Below, piece by piece: positions 17,490 to 27,502 of a DNA stretch of 64,000 nucleotides. The translations under genes and the position numbers were made by a program. This DNA is from an uncultured bacterium (lineage in GTDB: Bacteria > Patescibacteriota > Minisyncoccia > Phycocordibacterales > GCA-2401445). The first letter of the stretch is position 1. Each line of letters opens with the position of its first letter. The DNA lies in NCBI GenBank assembly GCA_937952265.1, contig CALFYW010000016.1, positions 334,661 to 398,660 of the forward strand, in the 5' to 3' direction. The notes beneath the pieces were generated by a model. That model made no database searches. It had not been told where the DNA came from and saw nothing but the letters and a program-made list of their open reading frames with translations.

Positions 17490-19001
17490 CTATTTTACAA
17501 CAGTACGTACTGCTTCAATGACGTCTCCTGTTGCAATCTCTATTTTAGCATGTATTTTCATTCCGAATTCAGTGCCTGATTCATGGACTGAGGTTGCTCG
17601 CGCTTTCTGTTCTTGGAGTTCAGTAACGGATCCCCTCCCAATTTCAATGGCGCGCCGCAAAATTTTAATCGGTGCATTAACCTCAATAGTTCCAGAGATG
17701 AGTTTTGCCCCAAGCACTTGCTGGTCTTTTGCTTTACTGAAGCATTTCAAAATTTTGGCGCTTCCCAATGTCTCCTCGACCTCGTGCCGAGGGGTTCGCT
17801 CTGAAGCGAGTTTTTCTAGAAATTCGGTAAGCCGGTAGATGATATCAAATGTCTCAATCTGGATACGCTGGCGTTCCGCCGCAGCTCGTGCTGAAGCATC
17901 AATTTTTACATTAAACCCAATGACTACCGCCGTGCTATCCGCGCCCGCGTGCTTGATATCATTTTCAGTAATGGTACCCACTCCTTCCGCGAGAATAGAG
18001 AAGGTAACCTTTTCAAGGGTAATCTTTTGTATCTGGTGTTTTATCGCTTCAATGCTTCCTCGGGTATCAGTTTTTAAGATAAGCGGAACCGCAACAGTGT
18101 CTCCTTCGGATGGGGTCTCCGTTTTCTGTTGTGTAAGAAGCGTGTCTTTGTGTTCTGCCGCGTATCGCTCGGCTTCTTTTTTGTTTTGGAAGGAGTAGAA
18201 CATGTTTCCTACTTCTGGAGACATATTAAAACCAGTAAGCTGTATTGGGTTTGAAAAGGTAGCGCTCGTAATTTTCTTTCCAAGAAAATCCTCCATGACA
18301 CGAACGGGTGCAACTGCATGCTGGGAAACTACCGCCATTCCTTGGGCGAGTGTTCCGTCTTTAATGATGAGTGTCGCGGCAATTCCTTTTTTGGGATCAC
18401 AGTTGGTTTCAATAACCACTCCTTCTGCGGGTTTCTCTGGGTTTCCGGTAAGTTCCTCAAGGTCGGCGACAAGAAGGATCATAGAAAGAAGCTCTTTTAC
18501 ACCCTCACCGGTTTTTGATGAAAGGGTAACCACTGGTACGCTGCCACCAAGCCCTTCAATAAAAATTCCGTGTTCAGCGAGTGAATATTTAACCCGATCC
18601 GGATCAGCTCCAGGTTTGTCTATTTTAGTAATGGCAACAATATGCGGTGTATTGCTTTCAAGAATCGCTTTGTGCGCCTCGAGTGTCTGTGGCTTAACCC
18701 CATCATCAGCTGCAATAACCAGAATGACGATATCAGAGGCATGCGCACCGCGTGATCGCATGGCGGCAAAGGCTTCGTGCCCTGGGGTATCAAGGAATGT
18801 TATCTTTCTCTCTTTTCCTTCGTCATTGAGATGGATGACTTCGTATGCAGCAATGTGTTGCGTAATACCACCCGCTTCATGTTCGGTTATTTTGGTTTTG
18901 CGGATATAGTCGAGAAGTGTTGATTTGCCATGATCGATATGCCCCATAATGGCAACAACGGGAGGCCGCGGTATTGCGTTGTGTGTTTTTTCTTTCGTCA
19001 T
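17490..19001 (-). CDS. infB: Translation initiation factor IF-2; compact form lacking the long N-terminal region
   Basis: AIMGHIDHGKSTLLD (G1), DTPGH (G3), NKID (G4) and the C-terminal beta-barrel domains. 503 aa. Confidence 0.9.
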   Translation of the reverse strand: MTKEKTHNAIPRPPVVAIMGHIDHGKSTLLDYIRKTKITEHEAGGITQHIAAYEVIHLNDEGKERKITFLDTPGHEAFAAMRSRGAHASDIVILVIAADDGVKPQTLEAHKAILESNTPHIVAITKIDKPGADPDRVKYSLAEHGIFIEGLGGSVPVVTLSSKTGEGVKELLSMILLVADLEELTGNPEKPAEGVVIETNCDPKKGIAATLIIKDGTLAQGMAVVSQHAVAPVRVMEDFLGKKITSATFSNPIQLTGFNMSPEVGNMFYSFQNKKEAERYAAEHKDTLLTQQKTETPSEGDTVAVPLILKTDTRGSIEAIKHQIQKITLEKVTFSILAEGVGTITENDIKHAGADSTAVVIGFNVKIDASARAAAERQRIQIETFDIIYRLTEFLEKLASERTPRHEVEETLGSAKILKCFSKAKDQQVLGAKLISGTIEVNAPIKILRRAIEIGRGSVTELQEQKARATSVHESGTEFGMKIHAKIEIATGDVIEAVRTVVK

Positions 19002-19030
19002 GGTGTGTAAGGTATAGATGGTTCATGGGG

Positions 19031-19510
19031 TTAATGAGCAAGGAGCCTCATGTTTTGTTTTGCCTCGTTAATTGCTTTTTGTTCTTCTTCGGTAAGTTCG
19101 TACGAGGAAGAAAATTTTTTAATCTCTTTTGCGAAGACGCTTACCCGATCTCGAGAATACAGACTCGAAAGCACAACCCCATCGCCATGTTCATTGAGAT
19201 AGCATGTTGCAAAACTCTGATTTCCACCGCCACCATTACCTTTAAAAGGGTTAAAGCGAATGGTTGCAATGCCCTGTGTGCTTTTCTTAAGGCGTTTCTC
19301 AACCGTAGTTAAGTATGCTTGCATTTCATCGCGGAAAGTGTGGTGCGCCTCGAGTTCTTTTCGGATGTAGTCGAGTGTTTTTTCGAGGTCATTTTTTTTC
19401 GTACCCAGAAAGAGCTTATTAATTCGGTGTAGTAGGAATAGAAACGCAATACTTAGTATCAGCACTATCCCAAAAAGTATTTGTATCGCTATTTCTATAG
19501 AAAAATTCAT
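19031..19510 (-). CDS. DUF4446-like small membrane protein
   Basis: One N-terminal TM segment plus a GNGGGGNQSFATCYLNEHGDGVVLSSLYSRD core resembling the DUF4446 family. Confidence 0.45.
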   Translation of the reverse strand: MNFSIEIAIQILFGIVLILSIAFLFLLHRINKLFLGTKKNDLEKTLDYIRKELEAHHTFRDEMQAYLTTVEKRLKKSTQGIATIRFNPFKGNGGGGNQSFATCYLNEHGDGVVLSSLYSRDRVSVFAKEIKKFSSSYELTEEEQKAINEAKQNMRLLAH

Positions 19511-19648
19511 ACGCGTTTAAGCTGATATGAGTGGAAGCTACACGAAAGCGATTATACCTTTTTGGGGGTGTTTTGTGAAGCCGTTTATTTTGCCCCATAT
19601 TTTTGTTGTGTTTGCGTTGAGGTGATAAGGTGTGCTTTTATAGCGATA

Positions 19649-20800
19649 ATGAAAAGAATATATCTTGATTTTGCGGGAGCAACACCAGTTGATCCTCGCG
19701 TGGTGAAAGAGGTATCTCAACTCTTAGAGCGTGTGTATGGAAACGCCCTCGCGCCTTATGAAGAGGGGCTTCGCGCAAAAGAAGTGTGTGAAGGGGCGCG
19801 CCAGAGGATTGCGCGGTCATTCGGTGTGCGTACTGAAGAGATTGTTTTTACCAGCGGGGGGACTGAATCAAACAACCTCGCTATTTTAGGTGCGGTGCGA
19901 GCGCGACAAGAGAGCGGAGTGGCACTTAACGATATGCACATTATTACGAGCGCGATTGAGCACGCTTCAGTTCGTGAACCAATACGAATGCTTAAAGCTC
20001 GCGGGGTGGAGGTGAGCGAGGTCTCGGTTCGGTCCGATGGCCGGGTTGATCCAAAGGAGGTAGTTCGGCACCTTACGGATAAGACGGTTTTGGTTTCAAT
20101 TATGTATGCAAATAATGAGATCGGCGTTATTGAGCCAATTCGGGAAATTGCACATCAAGTAAAAACTCACGGGCCGAAGCATCTCTTGGTGCACACCGAT
20201 CTCGGACAAGCTCCTTTTTTTGAGAAACTTTCTCCACATGCGCTCGGTGTTGATTTGATGACCGTCGACGCGCAGAAACTTTCTGGTCCAAAAGGAATCG
20301 GAGCGCTCTACGTGAAGCATGGGGTCCTCCTTGCTCCACTATTCTACGGAGGAGGTCAAGAGCGTGGTTTGCGCCCAGGTACACACAATCCTCCACTCAT
20401 TGCTGGTTTCGCAAAGGCGCTCGAACTTTTGGATATGGAACGGGAAGATCATCGGAATAAACTTAAGAAGCTTCAAACATACTTGTTTCGTCGTATTGTT
20501 GATGATGTCCCGGGGGCGCTCATCAACGGAAGTCAGGAATATCGGCTTCCCAATAATGTGCACATTTCACTTCCGGGCATTGATACCGAATTTTTAGCGG
20601 TAAAACTTGATCAGCGTGGAATCGCATGTGCGACAAAAAGCAATTGCCTCGATGGGGAGGTAGCTTCGTATGTGGTTCAGGCGCTCGGAGGAGCGCCTGG
20701 GGAGAGTGAAAGCACGTTACGTATTACGTTTGGACCGGATTTCTCTCAAGATATGATCGAAACATTTCTCTCGACGCTTGTCGCTCTAATGAAGGAGTAG
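19649..20800 (+). CDS. Cysteine desulfurase (class V aminotransferase, IscS/NifS-like)
   Basis: MKRIYLDFAGATPVD..., FTSGGTESNN, the PLP-lysine region (...DAQKLSGPKG...) and the catalytic-Cys loop (ATKSNC). Confidence 0.85.
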   Translation: MKRIYLDFAGATPVDPRVVKEVSQLLERVYGNALAPYEEGLRAKEVCEGARQRIARSFGVRTEEIVFTSGGTESNNLAILGAVRARQESGVALNDMHIITSAIEHASVREPIRMLKARGVEVSEVSVRSDGRVDPKEVVRHLTDKTVLVSIMYANNEIGVIEPIREIAHQVKTHGPKHLLVHTDLGQAPFFEKLSPHALGVDLMTVDAQKLSGPKGIGALYVKHGVLLAPLFYGGGQERGLRPGTHNPPLIAGFAKALELLDMEREDHRNKLKKLQTYLFRRIVDDVPGALINGSQEYRLPNNVHISLPGIDTEFLAVKLDQRGIACATKSNCLDGEVASYVVQALGGAPGESESTLRITFGPDFSQDMIETFLSTLVALMKE

Positions 20801-20840
20801 ATTTCTTGCGAGACGTATTTTTTTTTCGTATCATAATGAT

Positions 20841-21725
20841 ATGGAGAATCTTACTAAGCACCAGATTATACTACTTACCCTTCTGGTAAGTTTTGTAACT
20901 TCAATCGCAACGGGTATCGTAACGGTTTCTCTGATGGAGCAGGTGCCACCATCAGTCACCCAGACTATCAATCGTGTCGTAGAGCGAACGGTTGAACGCG
21001 TGGTGCCAGATCCAAACTCCCAAGGAGCAAGTGTGATTACAAAAGAGGTGACGGTCGTGGTGAATGAAAATGATTTAATCACGGATTCTATTGCAAGTGG
21101 CGCACCAAGCGTGGTCCGTATTTTTGAAAAAAACACATCTCAAGCTCTCGAGAAAGATATCCTGATTGGACTTGGCGCCATCTTTTCAAAAGATGGATTA
21201 GTAGTAACGAGCAGTGAAATTATTGATGCCGATGGGGTCTATGACGTCGTGTTGTCCGATGGTAGACGCTATGAGGCCGCCGTACACTCAGTTATGGATG
21301 CGCTGTCGTTACTCATCTTAAATCCAGGATCCGAAAGTAAAGAATTTAAGCCCGCATTACGCCCTATTACTCCTATCGGAAAAGATACCTTGCCTAAATT
21401 GGGACAAACCGTGATCGCGCTTGGCGGAGGGACCAGGGATGTGGTTGCAGTCGGCACACTTTCAAGTGTTATCTATGAAGAGGACAATACAAACGCTTCT
21501 ACGACACTAAGCGGTGGCGCTCAAGGCACGGGAGGTCAAAGGGTGATTAGTGCGATTCAAGCTGATGTGGCCCCCTCTGATGAATTATATGGCGGACTTT
21601 TAATTACGATGTTTGGTGAAGCAATTGGCATTCATACTGAAAAAGTAGGAACCACGCACCTCTATACTCCACTCACCACGCGTTCCGTTTCAACAAACAG
21701 TGAAGCGAAACCAGCAACTCGTTAA
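20841..21725 (+). CDS. Trypsin-like (HtrA/S1C-like) domain protein; catalytic His and Ser apparently not conserved
   Basis: N-terminal TM segment. The HtrA-like blocks are GAIFSKDGLVVTSSEII (consensus TNxHVV), VVLSDGRRYEAAVHSVMDALSLLIL (Asp block present) and SDELYGGLLITMFGEAIGI (consensus GNSGGPL). Confidence 0.5.
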   Translation: MENLTKHQIILLTLLVSFVTSIATGIVTVSLMEQVPPSVTQTINRVVERTVERVVPDPNSQGASVITKEVTVVVNENDLITDSIASGAPSVVRIFEKNTSQALEKDILIGLGAIFSKDGLVVTSSEIIDADGVYDVVLSDGRRYEAAVHSVMDALSLLILNPGSESKEFKPALRPITPIGKDTLPKLGQTVIALGGGTRDVVAVGTLSSVIYEEDNTNASTTLSGGAQGTGGQRVISAIQADVAPSDELYGGLLITMFGEAIGIHTEKVGTTHLYTPLTTRSVSTNSEAKPATR

Positions 21726-21813
21726 TGTGCGAATGTAATCCTCCGCAATATTGACGTTATTAAAAATAATCTGTATTATATATCTGTGTGTTATATAATA
21801 CTTTTATACCCGT

Positions 21814-24507
21814 ATGCCACCATTTCAAAACTTTACCACTAAAGCAAAAGAAGCAGTACGCAAAGCGCATGAGCTGGCAATTGAGCGTGGGCAAAATCAC
21901 GTGAATCCAGTACACCTGTTGACCGCGCTCATTCTGCAGGAAGAGAGCATGGTTGCCTCGATCCTCGATAAGCTTGAGGTTGATTCAATGCTTTTGACTG
22001 ATTCATTACTTGAAGCAATTGAGAGTCCTGAGTCAGGGTCGGTATTGTCCCCTTCATATCAAATTTATCTGACCCCAGAATTTGCGCAGGTGCTTGAAAG
22101 CGCTGCGCGGATTACCGCGCAACTCCATGACGAGTTTGTTTCTACGGAGCACCTTTTTCTCGGTATCATTGAAACTCCCGGAACCGCTCGTGATATTTTA
22201 GCGCGCTTTAAGCTTGGAAGAGATACTGTGTTACGCGTGCTCCAAGAATTGCGCAAGCATTCAGGAACACAAGGAGGGTCACAGAAGAAATATCGCTCGC
22301 TCTCAAAATACACCAGAAACTTAACCCTACTTGCTAAAGAAAATAAGCTCGATCCTGTCATTGGGCGGGATACTGAAATTTCTCGAATTATCCAGATTCT
22401 TTCTCGTCGTACCAAGAATAATCCAATTCTGATCGGTGAGGCTGGTGTTGGAAAGACAGCTATTGCTGAAGGGTTAGCCGTTCGTATTGCGTCTGGAGAT
22501 GTACCAGAGTCACTCAAAGAGAAAGAATTGGTCTCCCTTGATATGGGACTCTTGATTGCGGGAACCAAGTATCGAGGAGAGTTTGAAGAGCGCTTGAAGA
22601 GCATCATGAAAGAAATTGAACGCTCCGACGGCAAAGTGATTCTCTTTATTGATGAGATCCATACGATTGTGGGCGCGGGTGCCGCGGAAGGTGCGATGGA
22701 TGCGTCGAATATGTTGAAGCCCGCGCTTGCGCGAGGGGATTTGCGAGTTATTGGGGCCACGACACTCAAGGAATATCAGCGGCATATTGAAAAAGACCCG
22801 GCGCTTACTCGTCGCTTTCAACCCGTGCACGTGAATGAACCAGCGCTTGATGACGCGGTGGCAATCTTGCGTGGCCTTAAAGAAAAGTATGAGCTTTATC
22901 ACGGAGTGCGGATCACTGATGACGCGATTATTGCAGCCGTGCATTTAAGTAGTCGCTATATCACGGATCGTTTTCTTCCTGATAAAGCAGTGGACTTAAT
23001 TGATGAATCAGCATCAGCATTACGAATTTCTCTGGAGAATAAGCCGCCAGTGCTTGAGGATACCCACCGGAAGATTATGCGTTTGGAAATTGAAAAAGAA
23101 GCATTAAAAAATGAGGCAGAAACGCTTCATGGGAAAAAAGCAAAAGCGCGAATACGAAAAATTGATAAAGAAATTGCAGATTTGCGCGAGAAAACCTCGG
23201 AGCTCGAGCTTAAATGGAAGAATGAAAAGGAAACGGTTTCTTCAATTCGCGAAATCAAGAAAGAGCTTGAAGAGATTCGTAATGAGGCAGAAGCCGCTGA
23301 GGCACGCGCGGATCTCTCTCGTGCAGCAGAGATTCGCTATGGCCGGATCCCTGCGTTAGAGAAGGAGCTTGATACTAAAACCAAGCGTTTACGAAAACTC
23401 CAAAGTTCTCGAAGGATTCTTAAAGAAGAAATTACTGAAACAGATATTGCGGATATTGTGTCCCGTTGGACCGGAATTCCGGTTACTCGTATGCTTGAAG
23501 AAGAGGCAAATAAGCTCTCGCGCATGGAAGAGGCGCTCAAGAAACGCATTGTCGGTCAAGATGACGCAATTAAACGAATTGCTGATGCGGTAAAACGCTC
23601 TCGTGTAGGAATTGCAGATCCTGATCGACCTATTGGCTCCTTCTTATTTTTAGGTCCCACGGGTGTGGGAAAGACCGAACTTACCAAGGCGCTCGCGGAA
23701 TTCATGTTTGATGATGAAAAAGCGCTCGTTCGTGTAGATATGTCTGAGTACATGGAGAAACATTCAATTTCAAAAATGATTGGTTCTCCTGCTGGATATG
23801 TTGGCTATGATGAAGGGGGAAATTTAACCGAGCTTGTTCGACATCGGCCGTACTCGGTGATTCTCTTTGATGAGATTGAGAAAGCGCACCCGGAGGTATT
23901 CAATATTTTATTGCAGGTTCTTGATAATGGGCGATTAACTGACGCGAAAGGCCGGGTTGCGAATTTTAAGAACACCATTATCATCCTGACCTCAAATATC
24001 GGCGCACATTACATCGACAAGATGGAGCGATTTGGCTTTGTTCCTTCTACGTCAGAAGCCGATGACACCTCACGGCATTATGATGAAGCGAAGGGGAAGG
24101 TAATGGCAAGCCTTAAAGACTATTTCCGACCAGAATTTCTCAATCGTTTAGATGAGATCATTATCTTTGATATTTTGAGCACCGCAGCAATGCAGGAGAT
24201 TGTTGGAATCCAAACCAATGCAATTAAAAAGCGCTTGGAAGCAAAAGAGATTTCATTAGAGGTTACTCCCGCGGTGTACGCGCATTTAGCACAAAAAGGA
24301 TATGATCCACACTATGGCGCGCGCCCGTTAAAACGTTTAATCCAGTCAAAAATTTTGACACCCGTCGCTTCTTTAATGATTTCGAACAATATGCTTCGAG
24401 GGGGTACCGTGGTGGTAGATATGAAAGATAATGAGTTTACCTTTGAGATAAAGCGTAAGAGTACCCGCAGAGGAAAGGCGTCGCGCGGTGAAAAAATACT
24501 TGCGTAA
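21814..24507 (+). CDS. clpB: Chaperone ClpB (AAA+ disaggregase; two NBDs and a coiled-coil M-domain)
   Basis: GEAGVGKTAIAEGLA (Walker A, NBD1), the NBD2 Walker A motif GPTGVGKTELTKALA, an M-domain coiled coil and a Clp_N N-domain. Confidence 0.95.
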   Translation: MPPFQNFTTKAKEAVRKAHELAIERGQNHVNPVHLLTALILQEESMVASILDKLEVDSMLLTDSLLEAIESPESGSVLSPSYQIYLTPEFAQVLESAARITAQLHDEFVSTEHLFLGIIETPGTARDILARFKLGRDTVLRVLQELRKHSGTQGGSQKKYRSLSKYTRNLTLLAKENKLDPVIGRDTEISRIIQILSRRTKNNPILIGEAGVGKTAIAEGLAVRIASGDVPESLKEKELVSLDMGLLIAGTKYRGEFEERLKSIMKEIERSDGKVILFIDEIHTIVGAGAAEGAMDASNMLKPALARGDLRVIGATTLKEYQRHIEKDPALTRRFQPVHVNEPALDDAVAILRGLKEKYELYHGVRITDDAIIAAVHLSSRYITDRFLPDKAVDLIDESASALRISLENKPPVLEDTHRKIMRLEIEKEALKNEAETLHGKKAKARIRKIDKEIADLREKTSELELKWKNEKETVSSIREIKKELEEIRNEAEAAEARADLSRAAEIRYGRIPALEKELDTKTKRLRKLQSSRRILKEEITETDIADIVSRWTGIPVTRMLEEEANKLSRMEEALKKRIVGQDDAIKRIADAVKRSRVGIADPDRPIGSFLFLGPTGVGKTELTKALAEFMFDDEKALVRVDMSEYMEKHSISKMIGSPAGYVGYDEGGNLTELVRHRPYSVILFDEIEKAHPEVFNILLQVLDNGRLTDAKGRVANFKNTIIILTSNIGAHYIDKMERFGFVPSTSEADDTSRHYDEAKGKVMASLKDYFRPEFLNRLDEIIIFDILSTAAMQEIVGIQTNAIKKRLEAKEISLEVTPAVYAHLAQKGYDPHYGARPLKRLIQSKILTPVASLMISNNMLRGGTVVVDMKDNEFTFEIKRKSTRRGKASRGEKILA

Positions 24508-24611
24508 TATACCCTTCTTTGGAATAATGCTTTTCGAGAGTGTTTATGGAGGCACCTTTGAGAGGTGTTTCGTAATAGGAATAGGAGGCAGTGTTTCTCA
24601 AAGATAGAAAT

Positions 24612-24697
24612 GCGTCGGTGGCGGAGTGGTCAATCGCACTTGACTGTAAATCAAGCGGCTTATGCCTACGGGGGTTCGAATCCCTCCCGGCGCACCA
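24612..24697 (+). tRNA. tRNA-Tyr (anticodon GTA), long variable arm, CCA encoded
   Basis: GCGTCGG-TG-GCGG-AGTGGTCAAT-CGC-A-CTTGA-CTGTAAA-TCAAG-[var]-GGGGG-TTCGAAT-CCCTC-CCGGCGC-A-CCA. Confidence 0.9.
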
Positions 24698-24729
24698 AAA
24701 GGGAGATTACAACAAGTAAGTAAGAGAAG

Positions 24730-24764
24730 ACCGCCTCGTAGCGAAAGCGAACGGTGGTTTTTTG
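24730..24764 (+). terminator. Rho-independent terminator after tRNA-Tyr
   Basis: ACCGCC-[17-nt loop]-GGTGGT followed by TTTTTTG (one G·U pair in the stem). Confidence 0.45.
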
Positions 24765-24778
24765 TTTTACCAGAGCTA

Positions 24779-24808
24779 TTGACAAAGTAGTACTATATAT
24801 GGTATTAT
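24779..24808 (+). promoter_or_regulatory. Sigma-70-like promoter candidate
   Basis: TTGACA, an 18-nt spacer, then TATTAT. Sits ~70 nt upstream of the small ORF at 24876. Confidence 0.4.
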
Positions 24809-24875
24809 TGAAGAATAGGGATAGACATTACGGTCTGTTTCTATAGTACATTGAAACCTCAATACTCAACTCATC

Positions 24876-25064
24876 ATGAAAAAAGGAGTAGCGATTCTCG
24901 CTATCTTGTTCATCATCGCTGTCGTGATGATGAATCTAACGCCAGAACCTCAGGCACTGACTCCGGTTACGGAGTTTCGAGATCAGCATCCGAAGTCTGC
25001 AAAAAAATCGACCCCGACGGAAATCGAAATTGTGGTCACTGATTTTCAGGCGACCTTGGAATAG
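24876..25064 (+). CDS. Hypothetical small membrane protein (62 aa)
   Basis: MKKGVAILAILFIIAVVMMNL gives a single TM segment. A promoter candidate lies upstream. Confidence 0.35.
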   Translation: MKKGVAILAILFIIAVVMMNLTPEPQALTPVTEFRDQHPKSAKKSTPTEIEIVVTDFQATLE

Positions 25065-25097
25065 TGTAAATAAGAGACAAAACGAAAGGACTGAGAA

Positions 25098-26174
25098 ATG
25101 AAGAATACCGTTGTAACACTCATTGTCGGATGGCTCATGTTGGTTTCGGCATTTTGCGATGCCGATCATATCACGGACGATGGCAGGATCTCATACTTAC
25201 CCATGTCACGTTCCCTCCTGCGTTCCTACGCAGTGCAAGAAGTGCGCTGGATACATTTTAGTGTTCACGCAGTGAGCATGACTGGTCACGGGCATGGAAA
25301 GACCTATTATCATCTTCCCTACGCCCCAGGAAAAGAAGGTGTTTCGTTGCGATACCTCTATCAGGTAATAGAGGGCAATCGCTTTCGTTTTGCCTTAGGC
25401 AATACGAAAGATGAAATCTACTGGAACGTCTCTTTGTCTAACCAACAAGGAGAGCTTTTGTTCCACGGGTTTAAATCGTTTCGACTGAAAGCGCTCGAGC
25501 AGGGAGGATTTACTATCCCTGAAGGTGCCTTTCATACCACACTCGTATTAAACCAGAAGGTCCGAATTGAACTTCCGGATGGAGTCGATTCAATCCGAGT
25601 TATTGAACGTGAGAGTAGAGATCCGTCACTAATTCGCCTAGATCAATGGCTTAAAATTGAGTACGTTGGAAATAAGAAGACAACCCTTTTTCCGACCTAT
25701 TTTAGTGGAAAGCAGGGTGAGGTGTTGGTCACCTATGAAGACCAGACCTCCCAAGTGTTTGGATTAGAGGATGGAGGGGAAATTTCACAACTTCCCATGG
25801 ATACCTATGGATCAGTTTTTGTAGAAGGTTTCCAACTTTTCCAATCGGACCCATCCCAGATAACGGTGTATGAACGATCCTCTGATGGACCGGGAGTATC
25901 ACCAATTGCTGAGATTCCGATCACGAAACGGTCTTCTCGGGTTTTGGTTCGAGGGATCGATCGAAATAAGGAACAAGCGATTGGTGTATGGTTTCGTAAT
26001 CTTCGCACCGGAGCTACGGGAGTCTCTTTTGAGCCTAGTGCAGAAGGATTCTTTCCTGTCTTGCTTGATACAGGAATACACCATATCGGGTTCTTCTGGG
26101 AAGATCCTCGATTCGATGAAATTGACAACGGTCGATTTTACAACCCTCAACCCCCGAGAGGTGAAAAGGGTTAG
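25098..26174 (+). CDS. Hypothetical secreted protein
   Basis: N-terminal signal/TM (TLIVGWLMLVSAFC). 358 aa with no recognisable domain. Confidence 0.45.
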   Translation: MKNTVVTLIVGWLMLVSAFCDADHITDDGRISYLPMSRSLLRSYAVQEVRWIHFSVHAVSMTGHGHGKTYYHLPYAPGKEGVSLRYLYQVIEGNRFRFALGNTKDEIYWNVSLSNQQGELLFHGFKSFRLKALEQGGFTIPEGAFHTTLVLNQKVRIELPDGVDSIRVIERESRDPSLIRLDQWLKIEYVGNKKTTLFPTYFSGKQGEVLVTYEDQTSQVFGLEDGGEISQLPMDTYGSVFVEGFQLFQSDPSQITVYERSSDGPGVSPIAEIPITKRSSRVLVRGIDRNKEQAIGVWFRNLRTGATGVSFEPSAEGFFPVLLDTGIHHIGFFWEDPRFDEIDNGRFYNPQPPRGEKG

Positions 26175-26187
26175 TTGAGTTAAATCA

Positions 26188-26222
26188 CCCGCCTGGAGCA
26201 GTATGCTCCGGGCGGTTTTTTT
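26188..26222 (+). terminator. Rho-independent terminator
   Basis: CCCGCCTGGAGC-agtat-GCTCCGGGCGG followed by TTTTTTT. Confidence 0.65.
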
Positions 26223-26242
26223 ATTGCCGTTTCGAGCATGAG

Positions 26243-26271
26243 TTGCCTTTTTTTGCCCCACACGGTATAGT
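26243..26271 (+). promoter_or_regulatory. Sigma-70-like promoter candidate for rpmG
   Basis: TTGCCT, a 17-nt spacer, then TATAGT, ~25 nt upstream of the rpmG ATG. Confidence 0.4.
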
Positions 26272-26296
26272 TGCTCTGTTAATTTCGTAAATATAT

Positions 26297-26455
26297 ATGT
26301 CTCAAGATCGACTCATTAAACTCGCCTGTGGGAACTGCAAGCGTATTAACTATTGGAGCTCAAAGAATAAAAAGAAAGTTGAGCGGAAAATTGAGCTCAA
26401 AAAATTTTGTAATTGGTGTAAGCAAAACACCTCCCACAAAGAGACAAAGAAATAA
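26297..26455 (+). CDS. rpmG: 50S ribosomal protein L33 (52 aa; below the ORF-track cutoff)
   Basis: Translated by hand: MSQDRLIKLACGNCKRINYWSSKNKKKVERKIELKKFCNWCKQNTSHKETKK. It has the two CxxC zinc-ribbon pairs and the overall L33 pattern. Followed by tRNA-Trp, a common arrangement. Confidence 0.8.
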   Translation: MSQDRLIKLACGNCKRINYWSSKNKKKVERKIELKKFCNWCKQNTSHKETKK

Positions 26456-26502
26456 GGTCTATTTCCCTCTATTAGTTGTGGTATAGTAAGTGTGCCTTCT
26501 TT

Positions 26503-26574
26503 AGGCCTGTCGGTTAATTGGTAAACCACTGGTCTCCAAAACCAGGACTGCGGGTTCGAGTCCCGCCGGGCCTG
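26503..26574 (+). tRNA. tRNA-Trp (anticodon CCA)
   Basis: AGGCCTG-TC-GGTT-AATTGGTA-AACC-A-CTGGT-CTCCAAA-ACCAG-GACTG-CGGGT-TCGAGTC-CCGC-CGGGCCT-G. Confidence 0.8.
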
Positions 26575-26578
26575 CTCT

Positions 26579-27469
26579 CTATTCTAAGAGGAAATTTTTA
26601 ACCTCAGTACTTATTGTCTTTTCTGCCACTGGGCTAAACCATTGTATTTTTTTATTTCGCTTAAACCAGGTCATTTGGCGTTTAGCATACGTGAGGATTT
26701 CTTGTTCCAGTCGGTGTGTCATTGCCTCTCTTGAAATCTTGTGCGTGAGGAAATCCGCCATTGCGCGATACTCAAGGCCAAGCTCCCGCATCCGTTCCCA
26801 GGAGAGTCCATGAGTATAGAGCTCGCGTGCTTCTTCAATCATTCCTGCCTGCAGTCGATCTTTGAGGCGCTCGTTAATGCGTAAGCGTAATTCATTCATA
26901 GGAAGGGTAAGACCAATAATGAGTGCTTCATACATTGGCTCTCGAGCTGGTAACGGGGGGACTTTGCCGAGTGCCCGTATTACTTCAAGCGCCCGGATTA
27001 AGCGGACACGATTTTTAGGATCAATGTTTTCTGCCCGTACCAGGTCTCTTTCTTTCAAGAGATCATATAACGCTTCTGTGGGGAGCGGTTGGAGCGTGCC
27101 TCGGTATTCCTTATTGGGTGGCACTTCAGGGAAGGATGGTTTGAAAAGTACGGCATCGATATAGAAGCCGGTACCCCCCACGATAAACGGGGTATGCTTC
27201 TTCGCGTGAATCATCGCGATTGCGTGGTGCGCGTGTTTTTGGTATTCCGCGGCACTCCATGTCTCCTGGGGGGAAACGAGGTCAAGGAGGTGGTGTGGTA
27301 TTCCGCGTCTCTCTTTTTCGGTAATTTTCCCTGTCCCTATATTAAGACCCTGATAGATTTGACGGGAGTCGGCAGAGACAACCTCTCCATTAAATTTCTC
27401 GGAAAGAGTGACGCCGAGCTCACTCTTTCCAATCGCGGTTGGGCCCGCAATCACGACAATCTTCTTCAT
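26579..27469 (-). CDS. miaA: tRNA dimethylallyltransferase
   Basis: MKKIVVIAGPTAIGKSELGVTL (P-loop), SADSRQIYQGLNIGTGK, and the conserved IVGGTGFY. Confidence 0.9.
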   Translation of the reverse strand: MKKIVVIAGPTAIGKSELGVTLSEKFNGEVVSADSRQIYQGLNIGTGKITEKERRGIPHHLLDLVSPQETWSAAEYQKHAHHAIAMIHAKKHTPFIVGGTGFYIDAVLFKPSFPEVPPNKEYRGTLQPLPTEALYDLLKERDLVRAENIDPKNRVRLIRALEVIRALGKVPPLPAREPMYEALIIGLTLPMNELRLRINERLKDRLQAGMIEEARELYTHGLSWERMRELGLEYRAMADFLTHKISREAMTHRLEQEILTYAKRQMTWFKRNKKIQWFSPVAEKTISTEVKNFLLE

Positions 27470-27502
27470 AGCTTCAATTTGGTTTTATTGTTGAGAGTGT
27501 GC

